Shown one piece after another: positions 12,301 through 23,050 of a stretch of DNA of 64,000 nucleotides; positions within the stretch are counted from its first letter, which is position 1, and every line of letters begins with the position of its first letter. Source of the stretch: Cycas panzhihuaensis (lineage: Eukaryota; Plantae; Cycadophyta); the NCBI GenBank assembly GCA_023213395.1, contig CM041465.1:205971741-206035740 (forward strand), read 5' to 3'. The notes below the pieces were generated by a model. It ran no database searches and had not been told where the DNA came from. It was given only the letters and a program-made list of their open reading frames with translations. The translations under genes were made by a program, and so were the position numbers.

Positions 12301-15300
12301 AGGTTTTTATAAAAGATTCCCTTAGGTTTTCCGTTATATCTAAGTTTTGTTCCTTCCGAACAGGTCTTTTGCTACTCTTCCCAAGGTATGGTAGAAGTAG
12401 TTGGACCAATTCCGCTTAGGTATACTCAAGGATTTCCAATTTTGTTTACACACGTATGTGTTTTCTAGGGTCATGTCCTACATAAAATATTGGAATAGTT
12501 AGTTGGTGCGGATGATCGAATCGTATTGAAACATCGTTTGCAATTCTTGCCAATTCCTAAGGGTATGTTGGTGAGCTAAGTACCAATACCAAGCTTTCCC
12601 TCGTAAGGTTAGGATTAAATCCTGCTGCCATTTGGTTTTGTCCCACTTTCCCTGCTCTATCCAATAATCAATGCAGTGTGTTAAATGGGTGGTCCCATAT
12701 AACTGTTCCCCATAGAATGGTTTAACGTAATCCCCAATATAGGTTTGGCAATTTATTTTTTAAGGGATAGTGATTTTATTTCCTAGACCAGACTCGCTAG
12801 AAGTACTTACCAGCGATCCTCCTTCCATTTCCCCAGTTTTGGCGCCAATGGTTGGAAGAGATTTATGGCTGGGCGGGTGTACCTCTAAGGAAGAAGAGGA
12901 GGGAATATTACTTCCTTCCTCGGGTTGTATTAAAGGGGGGGGTAAGGAATCTACCTCAGGACCCACACCTGAAGTAGACGGGATGTCAGGGTTACTACTA
13001 ACTAGAAAAAAACTACGAAAATTACTAGATAAACCAAGGGTTGGTTGGTCTAGGTTATTATCAATTTCCAAATGATCATTAGTTAGCATATATTCAAAAG
13101 AATTTAAATTATTATCAATGTTTACAGATACACATTTAGATAGCAAATTACATCTGAATGAAGAAGAGTTTACTTCATATGCATCCACGAAGCCGGTAAT
13201 CCACGAACCTCATACCGTGTTCGTCATCCAGAAAGTTATATACTTCTTGAGATCCATTGGTTCTTCATCTTTGGTGATGCTTTGACGTGGTGGGCTCTTC
13301 TGCCATGTGAAAGATGTGTTCCTCCTCATTGGAAGAAAATGTTGTGCTTGTTACCGTTGTACTGGATCCTTTATCTGGAATTACTTCAATCGAACTTCTT
13401 CCCAGCATTGGTAGCACCACTTTGTTGTTGCTATCCGATAAGAAGGTTACCTTTTCCCAATTCTGAAGGCATTGTGTTTTGTATAACCATGGCCTTAGGA
13501 AATGTATTGGGTAGGGTGTGGCTCCTTTCTCCGTTTCCACGATCGTGAAGTCAACTCTTACCACTATCACCTTACGTTTACTTTAATATTGGCCAATCTG
13601 CCCATAGGTCGTACCAGTAGCTCATTGGCCAACCGGTGAATAGGTTCTTTGCCTCAATTTCGGGCTTCCCAATTTCGCCATGTTGCGGTGGTAACACATT
13701 CTTTGCCGCACCTCCATCCACAATGACTCGAGGAAATGTTTCTCCCAATACGGACATGGTTACCATTGGATCCATGTCGAATGATGGTATAACTTGTTTC
13801 AAACTTTTGGTAATTCCTCTCTAACACTCCTCCTTTAATCCAATCAATAACACGAGACGGAGGAATAGTTAAGCGCAAGCTGCTTCACTAGATTCTCCAT
13901 CAATAACAACATTAGGAATATCTTGGTGGTAATCCTTTAAATAACTCCTCCATTTGCACCATTTGGGGTTTTACCGTCGATTCTTACGGTAATTTTACGG
14001 CTCTTTTTGTTTGTTTTAGAGCATAAACATATTTTGTTTCAGTTTACCCATTGGTAGTATATTTTCTTCCCGGACTAAACCATCTAACACTTGTTTCGCT
14101 TGTTTATACCGATCCATTTACATTGGTGGGTTTGGATATCCTTCATCCAATTTCTCTTTTTGTTTGTTCTGCAATTTCACATTCTTGGTTTCTGGCACGA
14201 TTGTCATTAGATTCGTTGCTTTGGCTTTACCTTTGCAATCCTCCGTTTTGTGGTCGCTTGGGCCACAATTACCACATCTGACGGCCATTACGTATTCACC
14301 TTTATCGGACATTTGGACTTCAATGCGAGCGTAGCAGATGAGGCATCTCCCCATCATTGTTTCTTCCTCGAGGGTTACGAGTCGCCCTCGTTGTATACAC
14401 ATTAGGGTGGGTTGCTTCTTCCCCGACCTCGACCTCTGAATGCTTTTCCCCTAGAATTGAAAAAACAATCCTTGGTTGTGTGTGTGTCAACCTCGCATAT
14501 GTGGCACCACTTTTCTTGTTGGTGCGTCGCACTGCTTTTTAAATTCAACTCACATTCCCGGGTGGTATGTGAGTTTTCCTCACAGATATGGCACCACTTG
14601 GTTACCCTTCCAGTGTGCTCTTTCTTTTTGGGCATCTCTTCTTCCTCCCGGTTATTTTTGATTTTTAATCTTGCCACCTCTTTTCTTAGTGCTTCGATTC
14701 GATTCCTCTTACGCTACCCCTACAGCGGAAGGGTCGATTGTATTGGTTTTGCTTCAATTCTCTAATCTCATCTTGTAACCTTAACAGCAAGGAATCTTGT
14801 CCTCCTGCTTGGGCATCCATTTCCATCTCAAAATCTAATGCGGATCACGAGCATTTTTGAATGACTTGACGGATGAGCATGCATCATGGCTCGTAACTTC
14901 TCATTCAGCCCTCTCACGAAGTAATTCTTCATGTTATGATCCGTGATCGTTTCGTTGATCATGCTTCTTTGCAATAATCTTCATTCGGCTAATGTAAGTT
15001 AGGACGGATTCCCCCGGCCTCTGCCTGATTTCTCGCAATGCGATTTCCACAGCTTCATTACTCCGGAACTTTTGAAATCTCTCCTCAAAGCGCTTTCTTA
15101 ATCTTTACCCATGGCTCATTTTGTTTATTTCCTTGTACCATTCCAAGGGTACTCCTCTCAATGTGCAAGCGGGCGTCTTTGATTTCATCTTAAATACATT
15201 ATCTTTTTGACATCAATGAGATTCTGAAATAGATACACGTGCTCTGCTGCATCTGAAGTATCATTGAAGGTTAGTTTCCCAAAGTCTCTATAATCGTCCA

Positions 15301-15941
15301 TTTTGGAAGATTGCAACTGTCCCCCACCTGATGGTGATCTTTCCCCTCCTCCGTCTTTTGGGGATGCCTTTGGGAGTAACTACCATGCACTATCTTTTCC
15401 AAACAACGGATTTTTAAGCGGAGTTTTATGTGTATAGGTTCCACTACACGGAACTTGTATAGTCAATGGTGTTACCGTAATGTAAGATTGATCCGATCCC
15501 TTTACGTCGAATCTTCAAAAGCAGTCTCGTTAGCTTGTTTTCCCAATATCTTGGGGACCTTCCTCCGCCTTCTTATCATTGTCACCTAGGTCCTTGGGCT
15601 GTCCTCCACTGGTATACTTCCCTCTGTTAAGATCTCTTTATGCTTTTCATCCAATTTTGGCTTTCCTTTTAACTCCGGGCTAATCAAATCATTTCTGATA
15701 GGGGCTGGTGTCAATACCATGCGTTCGCCATGGGTTTCCTCCTCCTGAGGTGTCTGGGCTCCACTTGCCTCAGATCCTTCAGCAATTTGTTCCTTAGTCT
15801 CGTTGTTTTGCGGACTTAACCTCCTCGCCCTTCTGAGTTTTGCTTCTTTTGACCATCTTAGTGCCCTTTGTCTGCTAGTCTCCTTTTCCTTGGGTGAAGT
15901 ATCCTTGGGGCTCTTGACCTTGAAGGCCTCTTAGGTGGCAT
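9320..15941 (-). pseudogene. gag-pol: G2 gag-pol: capsid, multiple CCHC knuckles, aspartic protease, RT, RNase H, integrase (many single-base frameshifts)
   Basis: ATG MPPKR at 15941; TLRGVPLEWY; WCHICEENSHTTREC-type knuckles x2, CGNCGPSDHKTEDC; IVDGGAAKNV (PR); VFLDD (RT); VHVDASQYAIG...NYTTTEREAL (RH); AHEGVAGGH, IVSDQGAHF, YYPKANGQAE (IN). Confidence 0.95.
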
Positions 15942-16066
15942 TGGAAGGTCCCAGGCACTGTGGCTTAGTTCTGACCCGCCATCACGGCCAGCGGCCGAGG
16001 TCCTTTGCCCTTTACACATTTTTTCCCTTTGAAACCCCTAGGCCTGTCCCTCCTCAGCGGACGTGA

Positions 16067-16078
16067 GCAGCGGAACCA
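16067..16078 (-). promoter_or_regulatory. PBS of G2 (tRNA-Glu-like)
   Basis: Minus TGGTTCCGCTGC, 1 nt from LTR; 11/12 to the complement of recalled tRNA-Glu 3' end GCAACGGAACCA. Confidence 0.75.
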
Positions 16079-16079
16079 A

Positions 16080-16908
16080 TGTTGACTTATTTGGCGTCTT
16101 ATTACACTTACGAGACACCTCGCTCACTTGTCAAGGTTGCAGGCGCTATAGTCTAGTTTTGGGATCTCATCAACATGGTTATTCACATACATTCCATATA
16201 TAATTCACGAGAATGGTACACAATAGTGCAATCAATACATACTTGACAAATCATCATCACAACACCAAGAATACACCAATTTCCACGTAACTCTTCCTTT
16301 TATTAATTCAACGGTTCATTTACACAAGGTCGGAATGCATTCTGAGCATTCGGTGACATCTGATCATACATTATATATGCGTACCGGATGGTACTTATTA
16401 TACATTCATGGTCCAATCGGTACATCGTCATGCGTCTTGTCTCCTGCACCTTTGCGTGCAAGTGATATCCGGCTCTCACCCTAACCCGGGTGAATCATGC
16501 GTACCTCCTTAAGTACTCCTGTTGGTACCTTTTGGTGAAGGGTTATGGTATCTGTCAACCGTACCCCTTCGATCATGCGTACCTCTTCGATTATCGTGCC
16601 TCTTCACTTAATCACTTTGTTTGTCCTTAATTAATTATTCCTTTGGGTCCGCACGTCCCGTGCGTCGTCGGCACCTCCCGGTCTTCACTGGTCCCACAGG
16701 TCATGCGTGCCGCCCGTAGTTTGGTTCCGATTACGCGTGGTATGTTCTGTCATGCGTGCCGTTCCAAATGCGCTTTTGTCATCGTACCCGAATGCTTGTT
16801 TTTCTGCCGATTTGCCTCGTGCGTACCTCCGTGCGGTCGTGCACAACTCGGGTTATCTGACCTACCTCTGGTCCTCACACAGCCATTGAGTCAATTTTAA
16901 TGCCAACA
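16080..16908 (-). repeat. G2 5' LTR
   Basis: Adjacent to PBS; colinear with 6485-7327. Confidence 0.95.
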
Positions 16909-16929
16909 CTCCCCTTAAGGTTTTTACTC

Positions 16930-17379
16930 CTCGTTAACTCCCAAAAGAGTTTAAGCTATAGAAATTTATTTTTCCCCAAAGGGTTTGGTAAGAATGTCTG
17001 CTAATTGTTGTTCACTGCACTAGTATTGAAGTTCAATTTCCTTGCTTTGGACTTTTTCTCTAATGAAGTGATAATAAACTTCTATATGCTTTGTCCTGGC
17101 ATGAAAAACTAGATTCTTGGTCATCTTGTTGGTATTTTGGTTGTCGCAACATATTTGAGTTACTTTGGACACATCAAGATTTAGATCCTTAAGGAGCTAT
17201 CTTAGCGAAATTGCTTCACAGGTTGCGCTTACTGCTGCTTTGTATTTGACCTATGTAGATGATAGAACTATAGTTGTCTTTTTTTTGTTGATTACTAAGC
17301 CTAAGCTAAAGTAGTAACCTATGGTGGACTTTCTTTCTTGCTTCTTTCCAACCCAATTTGAGTCACTATAATCAATTAG
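16930..17379 (-). pseudogene. pol: C2 RNase H region (distal part, separated from RT by the LINE)
   Basis: Minus strand reads FHARTKHIEVYYHFIRE and QLADILTKPFG; LIGYSDSNW is restored when the LINE is removed. Confidence 0.88.
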
Positions 17380-17551
17380 ATTTTTTTTTTTTTTTGATAT
17401 GGTAAAAAAATGAAGGGGTTTAAAAAGGTCCCAACCCTATTACATAAGCTGCCTCATGACCATTAGATCTTCCATGACAAGCCCATGGCCTAGCTATCCT
17501 CTACCCTCCAAAACCCTATCTAACCCATCCCTGCCACGACAAGCCCAATGG

Positions 17552-20500
17552 CTAGCTCTGATCCCCCACATGGGAAAACGCTTCCATATCTTTCCTAACC
17601 AGACTCAAAATCTCTTCCGAGACTTCCTCTCTCCATACCTGGGTCCTCTTATGAATTACCCCACAATTAGCCAGTTTATCGGCTATACCATTCCCTTCTC
17701 TGTAAGTGTGACACACCCGAGCACTCTCTCTGCCCTTAAGTGCATCTTGAGCATCTCTAATCATAGCTGTAGATTTCCAGTTAGTTTCTACCACTCCTCT
17801 GAGCATATTTATCATGTTTAACGAATCCCCTTCTATAATCACCCTATCATAGACTTCCTCTAAGGCTATTTCCACCGCCCTCTGCATAGCTTTCAACTCT
17901 GCCCTGTTGTTTGTTTGTTGCTTGTGATACTCCGCAAAAGCCCACATGACTCCCCCTTTCGAGTTTCTACAGATACCACCTCCTCCAACCTCTCCTAGAT
18001 TACCTTTTGATGTCCTCCACCAGAAAACTGCCACTTTGGGGATCAAGCCCATTTTCCACACTCCTTCCAGTAAGGGGTTCTTAAGGGTCCCCCCATTCTT
18101 GGCATATAAAAAGATACCCTTGTTTCACCATATAATCCCTAGATGGAGAAAGTGGCCAAACTATAGAATCTACCTCAGCTATTTTTGGGATATAGCATTA
18201 AGCTATCTCTTTTCTAAGGGCTTCTATATAATCCCTTATGCCTTGATCCCCCTGCAGATCCTCAAATGTTCTCCAATTCCTTGTCCGATCTTGAACCACC
18301 TAGTAATCTTTAACCTTTTCTCCATATGTTATTTCTTAGAGGTTCTGCAAGGGACCCATATCTGGCCTCCTTTTCAACTGAATATGACCACACCACACAT
18401 CTTCCCAAAAAATTATAGTAGCTCCAGCGCCTAACTTCCATTGCACTCCTGAAGCAAGCATCTGTCTCGATTGAGACATACTTCTCCATATTGGAGATGC
18501 AGAGGAAACTACAATATCATCCTTTAAGAATTGTTTTCCCCAAAGATATTTTTGGGATATAATTCTTTCCCATAACCCTCCATCTTTCTTAGCTAGTAGC
18601 CGCCCTAATTTTTCCACCACGGCATTGTTAAAAGAAGTCAATCTCTGAATATTTAAACTGCCCGCCCATTTGGGGAGTCTAACTTTCTCCCACACCACTA
18701 GATGGATCCTGCTCTTCTCCTCAACCCTAGACCAAAGGAATTTTTTCTGAATGGATTCTAGAGTCGATATAACTTTAGCCGGGATCCTAAATATTGACAT
18801 CATATACATCAGAATACTCTGGAGTGAGGTGGATAACAATTGGACTTTACCTGCCTAACTTAGAAGGGAGCCCTTCTACCTGGCTAGCTTCCTCTACATC
18901 TGATCTATGATAGAATTCCAAAGCTTCCTTGACATCTTCCCTATGAATAGGGGCATCCCTAAATAAGTGGAAGGTAGTTTTCGGATAGGCATTTCTAGGA
19001 TCCTACTGATTTTCCTTTGCGTCTTTTCTTTGGTATTTACGAAAAAGGCACTACTCTTATTCAAATTTATCTTCTAATTCGTAACTCTCTCGAACCTCTC
19101 AAGACCTCCTTTAATAGCCCGAGCTTCACCTAGGGCAGCCTTCCCTAACAAAATATTATCATCAACGAATTGGTGATGGACGATGTTTGCAATACCAGAG
19201 GTGGGCTTAATCCCCTTTACCACACCCTTTCTCCTAGCCTCCTCCGCTTCTCTCCCTAGTAACTCCGCCATGATTATAAACAGATAAGGGGATAGAGAAT
19301 TCCCTTGTTGCAACCCTCTAAACCCAAGAAAAAAACTCCTCGAGGTGCCATTAATTATAATCGAGTATTAGGACTTAGAAATGCAACTAGCCACCCAGTC
19401 CCTTCATAATTCTCTGAAGCCAAACGCTTGGAGACATTCCATTAGACAGTTCCATGACACCTTGCCATATGCTTTGGATAGATCAATCTTAATAATCATC
19501 CCTGGTTCCTTCCTCTGATAGGCATAGTGGATTGTTTATGGGCAACTATGATGCCATCTAGGATCTGTCTCCCTTTCATGAACCCATCTTGATTAGGAGA
19601 AATAATCTGGGGAAGAATCTTCTTTAGTCTATTAGCCAACACTTTTGTCTTGATCTTATATTTCACATTATAGAGGCTAATTGGTCTAAATTCCTCTATC
19701 ATCTTTGCTCCCTCCTTTTTTGGAATCAGCACTAGAAAAGTGGCTTGCCACTCCCCCAGCATTGTCTGGTTCTGATGAAACTCGCCTGGAGTCTTCATTA
19801 AATTCTCCTTTATAATGTCCTAGTAATCCTGGAAGAAACTTGGGAGAAAGCCATCTGAGCATGGCGCTTTATCCCTTTTCATCTCAAAGACCACCCTTTT
19901 CACTTTCTCTAGAGTGAACGACACCTTTAAAAGCCTATTCTACTCGTCATCCACCAACTTGGGGATTAAGTTCATAAACTCCTGCCTGGTCATAGCGTTT
20001 TGACAGCCAGGCTCCTCAAACAAATCCTTGAAAATACTCTATCACTATCTTCTTAATTTCTTCCCTGTCACTAGTTTCTTCTCCTTCTCTATTGTACAAC
20101 TTATTTATTCGGTTATAGGCCCTGTGCTTTAAGGTCATCATATGGAAGAACTTTGTATTCCTATCCCCCTCCGCCAGCCAGAGGGCCCTCGACTTTTGCT
20201 TCTAGAAAATTTCTTCCTTAATCAAGACTTCCTCGAATTTCCTTAGGAGATTTCTCTCAAATTGATCTAAGATCTAGGATCTTCCTTCCTCTTGGATCCT
20301 TGCCTCAATATCTTTCAGCTCCCCATCTATTTGATCCTTGACTTCGAAAATGTACCCATGAACCTTTTTATTCCACTCTTTCACCTGTCTTTTCACCCAA
20401 TTTGGTTTTTTCAAAAACTTGTACATAGGACATCTCTCAATTGGAATCTTCCACCACTCATCAATCAAGTCCTTAAGATTCGGATGCTTTGTCCACATTA

Positions 20501-21245
20501 GTTCAAACCGGAAAGGGGCACGCATATGTTCCTTTGTGACATCAAAGTCTAATAGCAAAGGGGAGTGATATGACACCACCTTAGGAAGAGCTTCCAGCCT
20601 AATATAATTATGATGGCTAGCCCGTACATAATTTATCATCACCCTATCCAGCTTTACCCGAATATGGTGATTCCCCAGTCTCCTGTTTGACCAGGTATAT
20701 TTTTCTCCCCTAAGATGAACATCCATAAAACTCCCTTTTTGGAGAAAATCTCCTAGGTCCAACATGCTGTTCGTCCACCCCTCTTATTCTCTTTTTTTCT
20801 CTCTAGGGGATAGGGCAGTATTAAAATCGTTAGCAACTAGCCAAGGGCCTTGCCAGTCTTTGTGGAGCTCCAGTATCTTGTCCCAGAGGATTTTCCTGCC
20901 TTCCACAGATGTAGGGGCATATACATTAGTTGCCAACCATCAGAGGTTTGTCTTTCTATAAGTTAGCCATATGGAGAAGAAGTGGTCATCCGGAACACAA
21001 GCCTCTCCTTGCCATTCCTTCGGATTTCAAAGAATGGCCAGCCCCCCTGATCCTTGATGGCCATCCTTCACTACCATCTCCACTGTCCTCCAGATCTTAT
21101 TTTTGACCGCTATTCTATTATCCAATTCCAATTTGGTTTCCTAAAGCAGGATTATATCCGGTTCTAGTCTCATACGTAAATCTTTCTTTACTCTCTGCTT
21201 TGAGGGGGCATTTATGCCCCTAATATTCCATGATGCGATCTTCAT
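17552..21245 (-). pseudogene. LINE ORF2: APE endonuclease, RT, C-terminal RNase H (RVT_3); disrupted
   Basis: MKIASWNIRG start at 21245; YTWSNRR...KLDRVM...SYHSPL; FRPISLYNVKYK; QGNSLSPYLF, QFVDD; SKGNLGEVGGGG...TNNRAEL...IEGDS...HTYREGNGIADKLAN. Confidence 0.93.
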
Positions 21246-21247
21246 CT

Positions 21248-22569
21248 TTAACACCTTAATCTTGGGCCCTCTCCTCCTCCCTCCTATGCTCAATCTTCAT
21301 CTTTTACTCCTTAATCTCAGCCCCTTGCCCCCCCCCCCCCCCCCCCAACTTAGGGTGTGCTGGCTACCTTGGTTAATTTGGGAAGTCGCCTCCCTTCCCC
21401 TAACCATCTTCAGGGTAGGTCTTCCTATCCTTTTTTCACTTCCCAAATGTGGGCCTCTACGTTGGCCTGTCCTCCTTTGCTCCTCCTAAGGATCCTTCTC
21501 CCTAATTTTCCAAATCCGTTCAACATTCCTCAACCTCTCCTTCCTTCCCAAAGTTGTGAGTCCCACCTCTGGCGGAGGCCCTTCCTGATCCACTTGAAGA
21601 TCTAGACTTCCTCCCCCTTCCTCCTTTCCCTCTTGTATAGGTTCTTGGTTGCCTTTTTGAATTCTCTCTTCCTGATGAGGCTTCTCCCCCTTCCTCGAAT
21701 AGAGTATCCTGAGCATCCAAATTGATATCCTTGGCAGCAGTCACCCCCTCATTCTGCCAAGGGGTGTGGTCTTGCCTGAGATCCTGAATCTTCTCAACTT
21801 CTTGTTTCCCTTCCCCTTCCTTTTTCATCTCCCTAGGGCAATTTTGGGGCAAATGATCAAACCGTTTGCAAGTTGAACATCTGATGTTGTCTAGTTCATA
21901 AACCAAACTTTGGTCCTTGCTCCATTCCTCAGCTTCAATTTTAACTTGATCTGGGAGGGCTTTATCAAGTCTTGTTAGTACGTAGAATCTGGCATTTATC
22001 AGTCTACTCTGATTCTTTGTTGTTGAGTCAATAGCGAGTAAGGGGCCTATGGCTTTTTCCATCCCCTTAATTACGTTCAGGTGCTAGACTTGAAGGGGAA
22101 GCCCTAGCATCTGAACCCATATTGGGAACTGTTTTATTGTTGACACTGACATATCAAAGTTCGGGTGCCATTTCTCCAAGAACAAGGCTTTCCTACCTAG
22201 TATCCATGACAATTTCAAAAGGATGTTGACTAGATCATACTTATTTGTAAATTTAAAAAGAATGCAGCCCTTGGGGAGAGTCATAACCTCATCAGGATTC
22301 TTAATCCTCCATCTATTTAGTAGCCACTTCCTTATAAAGTCTAGGCCTGGTCTTGGCCCCAAGAATCGCCCCACTAGGTTATGCTCCTAATACTTCTCAA
22401 TACGTTCAGTTAATCTCTTCGGAATGGGTATTTTAATAGTCTCTTCTCGTATTATGGGATTTATGTCAAAGGACTCCATTTCCCCATTTTTCAAGGCTTT
22501 CAAATGTGTCTTCCCCGAAGGTGACTTTTGAGTCTAGTTAGGTTCTACTTCCGCCATTTCCAACATCAT
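21248..22569 (-). pseudogene. LINE ORF1 (DUF4283 RRM-like + CX2CX4HX4C knuckle)
   Basis: GRFLGPRP...LFLEKWHPNFD...PIWVQMLGLP; CSTCKRFDHLPQNC; stop TAA two nt before ORF2 ATG. Confidence 0.88.
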
Positions 22570-23050
22570 TTTTATAGTATTATTTACCCTTTACAAGCTA
22601 GCAATCAAAGCAATAAAAAACAAAGATATAAACTAGTTGATAGAGGTATGAGAAAACACCATTCTCACCTGGTTCTATGATGCACGTGAATCTACAACTA
22701 CATAGCATTTGTTTCTTCCAGCTTTTCCATCCTGCTTCCTGCATCTCACCCAAAGCCAGAGAATGCTTCCACCATCTACTCCCAGTCACCTTTGAATCCC
22801 ATCCCCTAGATTTACTTCCTCTCCATGTTGAAGACCTATCTTTGCCTTGAGATCCTCGGGCTCTCTCTAACAGTACCAATTTAGTCCCGTCAGGATGCCG
22901 TCTATAGAGAATTCCGGGGACACGCCCCGCCTTGCTGTCTCCCTGTCCTTGAACTGCACTATATCCTCTCAACCCTAGTTGTCGCATGCGTGCTTCGCAT
23001 CGCCCTGCTCTCATTCGAAATCTTATTTGTTCTTTTATATATCCAATTAG

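Larger units (their letters stand above)
6485..16908 (-). mobile_element. Ty3/Gypsy (non-chromovirus, Athila/Selgy/Phygy-like) element G2, ~10.4 kb, with extra 3' ORF
   Basis: LTRs 6485-7327 and 16080-16908 (TGTTGAC...GCCAACA); perfect TSD CTCCC 6480-6484/16909-16913; PBS 16067-16078; order gag-PR-RT-RH-IN; no chromodomain seen. Confidence 0.96.
17381..23037 (-). mobile_element. Full-length L1-clade LINE (~5.65 kb) inserted in C2 RT/RH junction
   Basis: T15 (polyA) at 17381-17395; TSD TATAATCAATTAG 17367-17379 vs TATATCCAATTAG 23038-23050 (11/13); ORF1 + ORF2. Confidence 0.93.

Noticed and set aside
17456-18434. Plus-strand ORFs over LINE ORF2 and similar shadow ORFs over pol genes
   Set aside because: Antisense shadows of retroelement coding frames.
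22598-23014. 138-aa minus ORF ahead of LINE ORF1
   Set aside because: No recognisable domain; GC-rich leader reading through the putative intron; treated as UTR.
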